Positions 13,089 to 25,221 of a stretch of 64,000 nt of DNA are shown here, one piece after another. Positions within the stretch are counted from its first letter, which is position 1. Every line of letters starts with the position of its first letter. A program made the translations under genes and the position numbers. The stretch is from Owenia fusiformis (lineage: Eukaryota). The stretch is taken from the NCBI GenBank assembly GCA_903813345.2, contig CAIIXF020000001.1:45818001-45882000 (forward strand). Reading direction: 5' to 3'. The notes below the pieces were generated by a model. It worked only from the letters and a program-made list of their open reading frames with translations. It had not been told where the DNA came from and searched no databases.

Positions 13089-16000
13089 GTACTCTGAAAT
13101 ATGCATCACAAGTTTATGGTTTGTAAATCATATGGTTGGTTAGTTATAAACCATATTTTTGGTTTGGCCAATACATTCAATGAATAAAGTAATACATTGG
13201 TTGAGGATCGATCATGCATCATCTCTGACTAAACTTAAATACTCCAGTCAATATGTCGGCTGAATGGAGTCTAAATACTCGTGCAAAGTGGAGATTTAGC
13301 AGCGCTAAAAATTCCATTAGTTATAATTCACAAGAATGAGCAAATATGATTAAAGCTAGAACGTTCCTTTCAATGGGATATTACCCTTACAAAATGAGAA
13401 AAATTGACCCTGTTTAGAAATGTATGTCCCTTAATATTGTTAACAGATTGAGGAAATATTAGCATCACTTTTTGAATGATAATCATTATCAGTTTTTGTT
13501 AATGAACTTTATTTAGTTATGTGAATGAACAAGTTTGTAACATGTGGTTTCATAGTTATGATTATACTTATGTTGAAAACCCAAAAAGCATCAGATTATT
13601 TTTTCAAACTGCCTAGGGAACTCAGCATTTTCTAATAGGAGAGATGTGACATAACCAAAGTGTCATCACATTTTGGTGTTAATGGGGCACGATATCTCTA
13701 CAAGCATTGATTGACATGCAAGAGATCAGCTATAACATCATCTGAGTATTGCATATATTTTAGTTGCAACTGGTATTCATTTCTTTAGAACCAGTAACCT
13801 GTCACTGTTCAACTTAGTAACATTAGGTGGTCCTAGTTCTTGGCTCTTGGTTCAGTTCATGTCACAGTTCATATATTAGCACAGTAGACCTTATTGAATG
13901 TGATGGGTGGCTACACTAGGTTTTTTGTAGTGACCAATGTCAGGGAGATCTAATGGTTTTAGGAGACCTGTTATATTATTCTGTAGTACCTTATGGATAT
14001 GAGGGGTAGGTGCCACGAACTTACAGAAAATCAACAAAATCATAATTTTTTCGTAGTTTTCAGTTTTTTTCAAGACAACTAGCCTATACCTACAAGTTTA
14101 GCTATTAATTTGCGGGTTCTTTTTTCGCGGATGGAGGGCATCCCGCGAATATAGCAAAAATATACACACCGTAAAACAAATGAAAATGAAAGACATCTGC
14201 AGTATATTCTCCTCAGTTGTACATTCTGCAATGTTGTTTCTAATATAACCATACTAACCATGCTGTATATTGAAACTGAGATGACAAAGATAAATGTATT
14301 TAATTCCCTGAGAAAAAATGATGCATTGATTTTTGTAGAGTTTATCTGGCATGCTCTAAATGACATTGGCATTATGAAAACTGATTGAAAAGACCTGAGT
14401 GGCATAATTGTGAAGACCTGGTTTGAAATGACCACCCATGCCACCTGACTGATTTCATACCATTGCACCTTAAAGATTCCATCAGACTTGTTAGCCGTGA
14501 ACAAGGCTTCCCATTTTAATCCCCCCTTCCCGGAAAATATTGTTTGACCTATGGACTTTTATATAACTAATATAAATGGGGGTAAAGGGTCAGCCTATGC
14601 TCATTTTTGAGAACCAATAGAACATATTTACTTAAAATTGAAATTTAGTTTCCATTCAGTTAAGACTCATTCTGAACATTTCGCCAATGTGATATTTTGC
14701 TTATTTTGGAATCTACGGCATCTAATGATATAGCTCAGTTTATGGGTCATTGTGAATAAATATTGGATTATGCCCTGGCTTATATCTATTATCTGAGACA
14801 GAATTATTGCAGTACACTTTTCAGTTTATTCCTTTCATTCAGACTATCTATAATCATGGGCATTTAACCCATGAAATAATCAAAGTGAGTCAGCCTTGAA
14901 CTATTTTATGAGTTTAATGTAATACCCCAAGGGTTTTCATTAATATTTCTGAAAACAGACAAAGCAATTGAAAATGATGGGCAATGGGAATAAAAACAAC
15001 AGGCAAAATTAATTGATCATTCAAATATGACTGCAAAATTCTTCAAAACAACAGACTGGTAAAATTGGTGGAAATTATCATTCAAACATGACTACAAAAT
15101 TCTTCAAAGCAATGATAAAAACTAAAAACAACATGATGAAGCGCCTGATGAAATGAAATTTCAGACTTTGGACATTTGTCCTAACTTATGATTGTTGTCT
15201 TATCTGTTTGATGGTAGCGATAAACATGAAAACAGAGCCATTGGTAGCTCATTTGCTCATTTATTGGACGCAACATTAATATGTTATGCACAAGTCCCAG
15301 GGTTACAACTTTGATATTAATTCCTTTAGCGCCTTGTTACCTGTCACCCTGGTTTAGGGCCTTGTGACTTTCACCCCTCCCTCATGCATTGTAACATGTG
15401 TGCCCCACATAGTTGTCTAATATCCAGGGCTAATTATCCATGTAGTATCATTCCCTACTAATATTCATTGTATTGTATTGTATATTGGGATATTGAGTTA
15501 AAGTATGGCCAATTTTTCTTTTCAGTTTCTTTTCCAAACTGTTTTTTTTATCAATACTTCTATGGGTTTTGCATCTATAGTTGATCATGGTCGGATATTT
15601 CCAAAACACTTAATTAATTTTATCAAAGAGGGAGGATGTTTGGAATCTGCTATTGAAAGGCTAGATTAAGGGTAATACAGTGTATTTACAGTTTAATATC
15701 ATTCATCTTTTTCTATATCACATTTCAGATATCAGTTAAAACACACATGCAAAGTTTGTAGAAATGGCAGATTCTCTGCTAAAATGAAATATTATGATAG
15801 AGATTAATAATCATTGATCAGCATACTATATTGATTCAGTATGCGACTTCCAAAGAAGAATTAATATTTTCCACTTTAATCTTCCAAATATGGAATTAAC
15901 AAATAATAACTCAAGGGTTTTTCCTAGTCACCGTGCCTACTTATAACAAGATCAAATGCAATCCTTACAAAATGTTGACAGTAATTTCATTTTAACATCG

Positions 16001-16523
16001 ATTTTTTTATGGGAATCTTATTAGACCTACCCAAAAACAAACTAACTGAATTAAGTTACTGATTTATATTCTTCCACAATTGCTTTAATTGTATAAGGAA
16101 ATTCTCTAACTGATTTTGACATTTAGAGGAGGTGATTATATTCCTAAGTCTAAATGTCATGCGGGTTTGCTGTGATAGCCAGTAGATATGTGTCATTGTC
16201 CAAAACAATTATTTGAAAAATACAAAGGATGCATATGACGAATGATGTTTGCTTAGTTTATTATCTGGTTTCAAATAAACCTAAAGGAATATTTAAATTA
16301 CATTTTAACAGGCTTATTGTAACTGATTTGGGAAATCAGTTGCAATACATTTATTTGATATACTTTACTATTAAAATTCCACAAGAATTTTCCATGTATT
16401 TTACGGGTGTATAAGCATCACTTGATGTCACCTGTTATCAATAATATCTGTAAACATATATATATCAATATGTATGATTGGATATATGAATGAAATGAAA
16501 ATGAATTGAATTGTGTTTTCCAG

Positions 16524-16618
16524 ATCAATGGACAGGTGCTGAGTGGCCGTAGTCACCTGAATGCGTCCGCCATTATAAAAAGTGTCACGACACCTATTGT
16601 CAAAATTATACTGCTTAG
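16524..16618 (+). CDS. MPDZ: MPDZ-like exon (C-terminal part of PDZ8-equivalent)
   Basis: TTCCAG| INGQVLSGRSHLNASAIIKSVTTPIVKIILL AG|GTATGT; phase 0 to 2. Confidence 0.92.
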
Positions 16619-16982
16619 GTATGTACAAACCTCTGTCATATATATTTCTTCATCCAAAATCTATAGTAATGTAAATGTTGTCGTTCACAACACATTGATC
16701 TCTTGTGCAAAATCATATATTTATTGGATGGAAATAACTATCAAACAAAGAGAAAACACATCCACTTACTTTGGAAAGTATGTATAGTCTGTGTACAGGA
16801 CTATCTATATAAATCCATACTATTGTTTCATGCAATACATTGCTTTAATGCATCAAAATTTGAAACCTTCAAATGAATAATCAATCTGACCTCTAATATG
16901 TTGTAAGTAGATTTAAAAGACCTTCAAAAACATTGAAAAATAGTACTACCTTATGTTGATCTAACTTTGTTTTTGATTCCAG

Positions 16983-17055
16983 AAATGAAAATAATAAAAC
17001 CAAAATGGCTGTTGGGCCATTGAAATATTCTGCTGTGAACTCCCTCAAGCCAAAG
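16983..17055 (+). CDS. MPDZ: MPDZ-like exon (end of PDZ8 / linker)
   Basis: TTCCAG| (R)NENNKTKMAVGPLKYSAVNSLKPK |GTTGGT; RN.....MAV matches the MPDZ post-PDZ8 motif; phase 2 to 0. Confidence 0.85.
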
Positions 17056-17329
17056 GTTGGTATTAACAAGATACAATGCTCACTTAATGCTTTTACTATA
17101 CATTAAAAGTAGCTTTAAACACGTATATGAAACAATGAAATATCCGTGTCAGAATTTGCTTTGTGAAAACTAAGAATTTTTTCATTTAGGTGATTTTTGT
17201 GAAATTCAGAAATGTTATCTAAATGCAACAAAAAAACAGTCAATCCTGTAAATAACTGGTGAATTTCTAAATTCACTGGTGATCCACTCGATTACGCTGG
17301 ATTACATGTGTTGGATGCATTGGCATGCC

Positions 17330-17632
17330 TTTTATGTATTGACATGGGTTGTATGTTGACATGTGTTGTGTATGTTTTGACTGTCTTTTATGTATTGACA
17401 TGTGTTGTATGTTGACATGTGTTGTGTATGTTTTGACTGTCTTTTATGTATTGACATGTGTTGTATGTTGACATGTGTTGTGTATGTTTTGACTGTCTTT
17501 TATGTATTGACATGTGTTGTATGTTGACATGTGTTATATATGCTTTGACTGTCTTTTATGTATTGGAATATGTTGTATGCATTAACATGTATTTTATGTA
17601 TTCACATGTGTTGTATATAATTGACATGTGTT
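17330..17632. repeat. 56-bp minisatellite (~5 copies, degenerating) with TTGACATGTGTTG subunits
   Basis: TTTTATGTATTGAC at 17330, 17386, 17442 and 17498; runs into the acceptor at 17644. Confidence 0.9.
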
Positions 17633-17644
17633 CATTTATTACAG

Positions 17645-17764
17645 GAAGAAGAGAAGAGCTTGATAGAGAACAGGCTCTCAGCTGAACACAATGCCCACAA
17701 TCACCATCAACAGCAGGTCATACAGAACAATACAGCAAATCAAAACTCTATGCACACAACACTG
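17645..17764 (+). CDS. MPDZ: MPDZ-like linker exon (His/Gln/Asn-rich, symmetric phase 0-0)
   Basis: TTACAG| EEEKSLIENRLSAEHNAHNHHQQQVIQNNTANQNSMHTTL |GTATGT; 120 nt, in frame with neighbours. Confidence 0.75.
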
Positions 17765-17865
17765 GTATGTTTAAAGATTTTATACACAAACACATAGTAC
17801 TATGCAGCTATAAAATCAACAAAATTGTATAAACCACTATATGAGTAATTTTTTATTAAACGTGC

Positions 17866-18090
17866 CATAAAGGGGCAACAAAGACTATAGATGAAAGGGG
17901 CAACAAATATCATAGATGAAAGGGGCAACAAATACCATAGATGAAAGGGGCAACAAATACCATGGATGAAGGGGCAACAAATATCATAGATGAAAGGGGC
18001 AACAAATACCATGAATGAAAGGGGCAACAAATACCATAGATGAAAGGGGCAACAAATACCATAGATGATAGGGGCAACAAAGACTATAAA
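17866..18090. repeat. 25-bp minisatellite (~9 copies), CATAGATGAAAGGGGCAACAAATAC
   Basis: Visible tandem units at 25-bp spacing; explains ORF 17800-18183. Confidence 0.95.
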
Positions 18091-18515
18091 TGAAAATTTT
18101 ACATTCATATTAAGTAAAGCTACCTGAACACAGTAACCTTTTGCATAGAAGATATAGAGAGATGGATAAATAGATGGTAGCAAGGGGTGTTAGTAGGGCA
18201 TGAATACTATACATAGCGCATAGAAAACTATCAGAAAATTGTGAACCTTAAAAGAGTAAATGAGCTTTTAATGCTTTTTAACATTGTGTCATGTCAATTC
18301 GGATACAAGTTGTTGTTTTAATAGAAAATTACATACAGAATTCAAATATGCCATCAAATAGAAGAAAATGTTGGTCTTTAATCATTGGTTAAAATAGTAT
18401 ATCTCCTAAGATCTCATTGAAAATGGAACTTCAACGAGATTTCAAAGCTATTTATCGAATTACCTATGGTAAATGGTAGAAGGGGTCAATAATGTAATGT
18501 ATCTTTGAATTCTAG

Positions 18516-18597
18516 GAGCCAAGCTCAACAACTCTCACTATAGATACAGAGTCAGAGCAGCCACATTTACCACCATCAACTCCCCCACTTCTCGAAG
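18516..18597 (+). CDS. MPDZ: MPDZ-like linker exon (Pro/Ser/Thr-rich)
   Basis: TTCTAG| EPSSTTLTIDTESEQPHLPPSTPPLLE G|GTAAGC; supplies the required phase 0 to 1 switch. Confidence 0.8.
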
Positions 18598-19373
18598 GTA
18601 AGCACTTTATTAATTAATTATTTTATACACCCACTTTCTCTTGGCGAACACTCATGAAGAGCATCCATTGACCCTACCTTTGTTTTTCAAAACTCAAATT
18701 TTCTTCACTGGATATAGAAATAGTTCTTACCTGAATTGTAAACCTACTTTCTTCAAAGGTCCCATAAGTTGGACATTTTTTAATTGTAGAGAATTGTGGT
18801 AATATTGGAATCAGGGTTCTTAATTTTGTTTTGAATAAAATGCTCTAATAAGAGGAGCCCTGTAGATAAAACACTTTGCAGATTGATTTCAAAAGAAACT
18901 AGATCTTCCTTTTGGCTCCATATTGTGCATGAACAAGGAATTACTTTCTCACTCATTGGAAAAACTTTCTGACTTCAAAATGGTTCATCACTAAAATAGG
19001 AAAATACATTTTCATTATTATCTTAATGGTTTAGTCCAGTTCCATTTTTTAAAGTTTAAATAAAAAAAATGATATGACATTTTAAAGAAAACATGAAAGT
19101 GCCAGTTTAATCAAATGTTTTTTCTGATATACCCAATGTATTAAAGAAACTTTTGCAATATACAATACTATACCTATTGAATGTATTGAATGATGTGCTA
19201 ACTACCAATTTATATTCAATGAGAACTATTTTTTAAACTGTTTGTTTTGCTGATACAAAAGTTTTGATAATTAAACATCTGAATAATTTAGAGATATAAA
19301 AATTGTAATTAAGAATTTCCTGATAGGTTTTTAACAGTTTATTGCCACACTGATACTATAGAATCTTACATTT

Positions 19374-19635
19374 GGATCAACCTTGCACCTTAGGATCAAC
19401 CTTGCACATTAGGATCAACCTTGCACCGTAGGATCAACCTTGCACCTTAGGAAAAACCTTGCACCTTAGGATCAACCTTGCACCTTAGGAACAACCTTGC
19501 ACCTTATGAAAAACCTTGTACCTTAGGATCAACCTTGCACCTTAGGATCAACCTTGCACCTTAGGATAAACCTTGCACCTTATGATCAAATTTACACCTT
19601 AGGAACAACCTTGCAACTTACAGAAACAACCTTAC
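19374..19635. repeat. 19-bp minisatellite (~13 copies), GGATCAACCTTGCACCTTA
   Basis: Visible tandem units. Confidence 0.95.
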
Positions 19636-19721
19636 ATTGTACTATACACTTCATGCACTATGATGGCATAGTAGTAAATAGCAGGAAAGGGTCAATAGAT
19701 TAAGTCATTTTTGTTTTCCAG

Positions 19722-19849
19722 AACCCACAGAGCCCCAAGGTGACCCTAAGACTTGTGCCTTGAGAGCAGGCAAAGAGACAAATATAGAAATAGAGAAAGG
19801 CAAAGCAGGACTTGGTCTCTCTATAGTCGGTGGAGCCGACACTTTATTG
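19722..19849 (+). CDS. MPDZ: MPDZ-like exon (start of PDZ10-equivalent)
   Basis: [58 protein letters not shown]...[21 protein letters not shown] is characteristic of MPDZ PDZ10 / PATJ PDZ8. Confidence 0.95.
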
Positions 19850-19997
19850 GTATGTACTCTACTGATACTAGACTATGATAGAGACTTGGTCAGCATATTG
19901 ATGTATGGTTTTGACCAATAAATGTGATAAGTAACATTTGGGGAGGGTGTAATTAAAATAAATTGTTAGTTTGGCAAACATCACTCTTTGATTAAGA

Positions 19998-20550
19998 AAT
20001 ATAGACTGAAGAGCAGGGCTACTAGTTTCGAATACACCCGCAGGTCTTGGCACAAACGTTTTCGAAAGCTTTTGTGCCAAGACCTAAGGGGTGTATTCAA
20101 AACTAGTAGCCCTGCTCTGAGGTCTATATTACGATTCGAACATGAAAACTCACCAGAATATTGCAAAATCGTCAATCTCGGTGATCCTTTCCACTTTTTC
20201 ATTTCTACTTCCAGTTGAGCGTTTGGCTGTTCCAACTTGTTTACTTACCTCCTGACCCCGACTTTTTATTGACATTTCCACCTATTTTATTGGTTTCACG
20301 CATATCTACTACATTGATAATTATTGAAACTAATTCTATATTGCCGGCCCCAGAAACCAAAAAATCGCAGCAGATATCCATATAAAAATTAAATTTTGCG
20401 AAAAGAACGGAACAGCCTGAACTGACCATTGAGTGCACTGAACGAAACACTAGTACAGAGCTGGGGCATTGATCTCGAATATAACCCAGCTGAAGCATTG
20501 ACTTTGTTCACAGTTTATAGAAGGCGTGAATACAGTCATGTTCGAATCAT
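19998..20550 (-). mobile_element. Non-autonomous element with an internal IR pair plus a terminal 133-bp hairpin (Crypton-like architecture)
   Basis: Near-perfect hairpin 19998-20130; IR GATTCGAACATG (20133) / CATGTTCGAATC (20537); CpG-rich relative to the intron. Confidence 0.55.
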
Positions 20551-21007
20551 TCTTAAAGTTGTACCGTTTGATTTGAAAATATTTCAGTAATGTTCAAGGG
20601 TATTAAATAACATTGTTTTCATTTTGATCCCTTGCCTGAGGGCTTGAGATTAAATTGGCTATATTCTGCCCTTGGCTAATTGGATTGACAATTTTTATTT
20701 TTCCCTAAGGGGAATATGGGGTTTATTCTTATAGACAGGCTTGAGATGACTTACATGTTTGTTAAAACTTCTTCATTGATCCCATTCACAAATTAATGAT
20801 TTTGTCATCAACATCATGAATAAAGTTCTGAAAGTGTCTGAAAACCCCCAAAATTCAGAATTTATGAAAATTGCTTGCATGAATTCAACATATATTATAA
20901 ATAAGCGATTCCACTGGCTGAGGGTATGAGATATGAGAGTATCATTATTTAATGACACCCTGTATATATTGTGAGGTGATGCTTGCATGGTGGCTGGTAT
21001 GTTGCAG

Positions 21008-21091
21008 GGTGCCATCATTGTGCATGAAGTGTATGAGGACGGGGCGGCAGCACGTGACGGTAGGCTCTGGGCTGGAGACCAGATACTACAG
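21008..21091 (+). CDS. MPDZ: MPDZ-like exon (PDZ10-equivalent, middle)
   Basis: [40 protein letters not shown]. Confidence 0.95.
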
Positions 21092-21124
21092 GTAATAAAT
21101 GGGTACCTATTTGTACACACGGGG

Positions 21125-21266
21125 ATGCCTGGGTCACATTACCTCCAATTCATCGGCCGGCGCCCGGGCGATTGAGTATTCTGTTCAAAACTAAATACAA
21201 TTATGAACAGGATACTCAATCGGCCGGGCGCCAGTCGATGAACTGGAGCAAATGTGACCCAGGCAT
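21125..21266. mobile_element. 142-bp palindromic (hairpin) MITE-like element
   Basis: ATGCCTGGGTCACATT...AATGTGACCCAGGCAT with arms pairing along almost the whole length. Confidence 0.8.
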
Positions 21267-21767
21267 TAATCATGGTTCAGTTCAAGTCACTGTTCATTTG
21301 ATTGAATGGGATGAATGTATTATGTATTTTACTGTGGCTCATGCCAATCGTGGGTGAGGGAAGTCAGTCCAGGTCAACTGATGGGTTAAATGGTAACAGA
21401 CCGCTGAACAGAATGGTGATTTGCCCTCTTTGCATGGCATTCCTTGAAAAGTAAAAATCCACAGGCATTGTATTATTCAATTCCGTCAATGGTGAAGGGA
21501 GTATATATAAGCTGTTAAATTTTGGATCTTGCTTTCACACATAGATTTGGTGTGGACAATTATTGCCTATTTGACTTTAAAAAAATGTAAGTGAAGAAGT
21601 ATTGTTTGCATCATTCTATTTAACTATTTACGATCACATAGATTAATAACCATGTGCAACATACAAAAAGATGGGGAATTTGTGTGCTTTGATAAGATCT
21701 ATTCAAATCTAACAAAATATTTTGTACCATGTATCTAAATGTACCACCTGTCCATCTATGACTTGTA

Positions 21768-22775
21768 CAGGGTGGGCCAAAACATTTTGCAACTTTTTTA
21801 AAAGGCTAGAAAAGTATCAAAACATAAGGGTATTGCCATAAAAAATTATTTACAGAAACTTAAGGATAGGCATATTTTACCATTTAAATACTAAAGCTAA
21901 ACTGGACTTCAATTTTTTTTATCAGATCTTTGAATATCAATGGTCTATTGTTCATGTGTCCGAGATTTACCGTTTTTCCTAGAAAATGTTTCATTTATGT
22001 GATCAACAATAAAACATTCATTATATTCACTAAATCTGTTACAATCTTGGATAAATGTTCAACCAATGTCTAGTACAGTTTGTATCAGTATCTAGTCACT
22101 ATGATATTATGAATCCAGCGATTCTTGTAGCAGTTCTCTCCACTTTTCCTGCAGAACTTCTTTTAGTTTGACAATAGTTTGTGGGGGATTACCATTAACT
22201 GCAATATGCTGCTCCAGGTGCCCCCAATGGTGATAGTCCCAGGAGTTGGCATCTGGGGTATTTGGCAGCCATTCATCAGGACTAATGAATCAAGGCTTAT
22301 TCTCCTCCAGATATTCCAAAGTGACTTTTGCCCAATGGCTGGGAGCGATAGGGAAAGTGAAAGGGGGTGCATAAAACATTTGTTTAATAGATAATTAATA
22401 AATACAATATAACATAATACCATAGTGACTAGATACTGATATAAACTAGACATTGAGTTAGACATTGTTTAAACAGTTATCCAAGATTGTAGCAGATTTA
22501 GTGAACATTATGAATGTATTATTGTTGATCAGTACATAAAATCATAGAAAGTCACATTTTCTAGGAAAAATGGTAAATCTCGGACACATGGACAATTGAC
22601 CATTGATATTCAAAGATCTGACAAAAAAATTTGAAGCCAGTTTTAGCTTTAGCATTTGACTGGTAAAATATGCCTATCCTTAAGTTTCTGTAAATAATTT
22701 TTTATGGCAATACCCTTATATTTTGATACTTTTCTAGCCTTTTAAAAAAGTTGCAAAATTTTTTGGCCCACCCTG
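21768..22775 (-). mobile_element. Internally deleted Tc1/mariner-superfamily transposon (1008 bp) with ~345-bp TIRs and TA TSD
   Basis: TA|CAGGGTGGGCCAAAA...TTTTGGCCCACCCTG|TA; long TIRs align; the central remnant encodes a transposase C-terminus. Confidence 0.9.
22110..22346 (-). pseudogene. Transposase C-terminal fragment (DDxD type, maT/DD37D-like)
   Basis: Manual translation APSHWAKVTLEYLEENKP*FISPDEWLPNTPDANSWDYHHWGHLEQH...LKEVLQEKWREL matches the APxH...WPPNSPDLNPLDY..WG.LE...LK..L...W pattern. Confidence 0.8.
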
Positions 22776-23315
22776 TACATGTATTTAAATGCACCCTCTA
22801 TGACTTGTACATGTATTTAAATGCAAAACTAAATACAATTATGAACAGGATACTCAATCGGCCGGGCGCCAGTCGATGAACTGGAGCAAATGTGACCCAG
22901 GCATTATGACTTGTACATGTATTTAAATGCACCCTCTATGACTTGTACATGTATTTAAATGCACCTTCAATGACTTTTACATGCATTTAAATGCACCCTC
23001 TATGACTTGCACATGTATTTAAATGGACCCTCTATGACTTGTACATGTATTTAAATGCACCCTCTATGACTTGTACATGTATTTAAATGCACCTTCAATG
23101 ACTTTTACATGTATTTAAATGCACCCTCTATGACTTGCACATGTATTTAAATGGACCCTCTATGACTTGTACATGTATCTAAATGCACCCTCTATGACTT
23201 GTACATGTATTTGGATGCACCCTCTATGACTTGTACATGTATTTGGATGCACCCTCTATGACTTGTACATGTATTTGGATGCACCCTCTATAACTTGTAC
23301 ACATATTTAAATCTA
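22776..23315. repeat. 32-bp minisatellite (~14 copies), ACATGTATTTAAATGCACCCTCTATGACTTGT; first unit lies left of the transposon at ~21728-21767
   Basis: Visible tandem units; ends at the acceptor of exon 23329. Confidence 0.95.
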
Positions 23316-23328
23316 CACCTATATTTAG

Positions 23329-23553
23329 GTTGATGAAACTGACCTAAGGGAAGCTTCTCACGACCAGGCAATTCAGGCTCTCAGGCAGACTACTGCAGTT
23401 GTAAAGATGACTGTATATAGAGATGAAACACAGATAAAGGATGAGGACTTGTATGATATATTTACTGTAGAACTGCTCAAAAAGCCCAATAAGGGCCTAG
23501 GAATTAGCATTGTGGGCCGCCATAATGACAATGGAGTGTTTATCTCAGATGTA
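23329..23553 (+). CDS. MPDZ: MPDZ-like exon (end of PDZ10, start of PDZ11)
   Basis: ATTTAG| VDETDLREASHDQAIQALRQTTAVVKMTVYRDE...ELLKKPNKGLGISIVGRHNDNGVFISDV |GTGAGT. Confidence 0.95.
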
Positions 23554-24027
23554 GTGAGTATTTCAGTTTTTTTATGGATTATTCTTTGTATGTTCTTTGT
23601 ATGTTTGACCCATGTGTTACCATGGTAAGGTAACAACAAAAGGAGACTTAACTTTTTACTGGTCAAAATTTATTTGTCATTAATATTTATTTATTTATAT
23701 TACTCAAGTATAATTATAATGAAATTATTATTGAGGGTTCAGGCATTATTTATTATGCATAGCTATTCTTCATGAAATATGCAATACGTGTACATTGTTT
23801 CGTTCCCTGAATCCTTTCAGATATTAATTTGAAAAATAAATTAATTCATATACACAAAGAATGAGCATTAGTATTGATTTCATAAGAATAGTCATAAGAT
23901 GAATGAAATATGCAGCTATTCTTTTTGTGCAGCTTTTCAAGATATAAAATGAGAGTTGATAATCGAAATTATTGCAAATAGTAATATATATATCATAAAA
24001 TTACAATGTTTTCTCTGTGTTGCCAAG

Positions 24028-24144
24028 GTGAAGATGGGGGCAGCAGAGATTGATGGGAGATTGTTGCCGGGTGATAAGATTCTTGAGGTGAATGGGGAAG
24101 ATTTCTCAGAAGTTGCGCAGGAATATGCAGCTGCTTTCCTGAAG
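24028..24144 (+). CDS. MPDZ: MPDZ-like exon (PDZ11-equivalent)
   Basis: GCCAAG| VKMGAAEIDGRLLPGDKILEVNGEDFSEVAQEYAAAFLK |GTAAGA. Confidence 0.93.
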
Positions 24145-24642
24145 GTAAGATACAGAGGTGGTGACATTTGCACTCTGGGCTGGGCCAAGATTGCTTTGGT
24201 CAGACCAAGATGCTTCGAGTCATGGATTGTACTTGTTTAAAAGCAACAAACATGGCAGTAACTGCCAATGAGCCAGAATTGATTTAAAATGTAATAATTG
24301 AATCCATTTACAGTATCTGGTCTGATTCAAACCAGGAGAATCTAAAAAGTTTAGAAATAACATGGATTTAAAGCTGGTACCTGTCAAAGGCTGCAGTATA
24401 CCCAATGTAATGTGCATCTACCAACAATGAAACATATTCAAGTTCGAGACACATTTCACAATGACAAATTAAAAATGTTTACTGGGTGATAATGGAGTAA
24501 ATTTTCATTTTATGCATGCAAAATATAGACCCGTCTGCTGTCAGTAAATGACTATAACGCTTACGTTATATATGCACAATATTCTTATTTGGCTAAACAG
24601 AGCTGATATTCAAGTTTTAATCTTATGTTTTTTTACTTACAG

Positions 24643-24796
24643 ACTATAATGGGTAAGGTTGTGATAAAGGTTGGTCGACTTAAAGGCTCCAGTTGTTCAT
24701 CACGTCGTAACTCTGGCTCTAGTTCCCAAAGTGGAGGAGCAGTACGTGCTGTTCCAGCAAAGGCAGTCAACTCAGCTGGCAATAAGCCTGTGAGAA
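24643..24796 (+). CDS. MPDZ: MPDZ-like exon (end of PDZ11 plus Ser/Gly linker)
   Basis: TTACAG| TIMGKVVIKVGRLKGSSCSSRRNSGSSSQSGGAVRAVPAKAVNSAGNKPVR A|GTAAGT. Confidence 0.9.
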
Positions 24797-25221
24797 GTAA
24801 GTAAAAATTCAATATTAAATGGTAGTTTCAAGCTTTTAACTATTTTTAGTGCTGTCCAGCTCAGTGAAATACATGCTGGGTCCTATATACTAGTATAGTT
24901 TTTATTTATTTCATATATTTAAGGCCTTAGGCCCATATACATTTTAGTTAGTATACAATACACATATTATAGATGGCATCATGAATATTACTTAGTTTTA
25001 TGATTACTATATAAGCTCTAATTAAATTGGCTTGCCACAATAGCATGTGACATATTTCCAGTTAACAGGAATTTAAAAGGGTTTATCATGCAAAAGTGAC
25101 ATCTCACAGAAATGTTAGTTGATTCTTGCTATTAAGTGAATTCAGTGCATAGGGTTGAAAAGCTGTATATGTTGATTTATCCTTGTGTATGTATTTCTTT
25201 ATTAAGGTTCTTGTTCTCCAG

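Noticed and set aside
14079..14504. 141-aa minus-strand ORF
   Set aside because: Runs across a MITE remnant and AT-rich intron; no recognisable protein, and the + frame has stops.
17800..18183. 127-aa hydrophobic minus-strand ORF
   Set aside because: Product of the 25-bp minisatellite.
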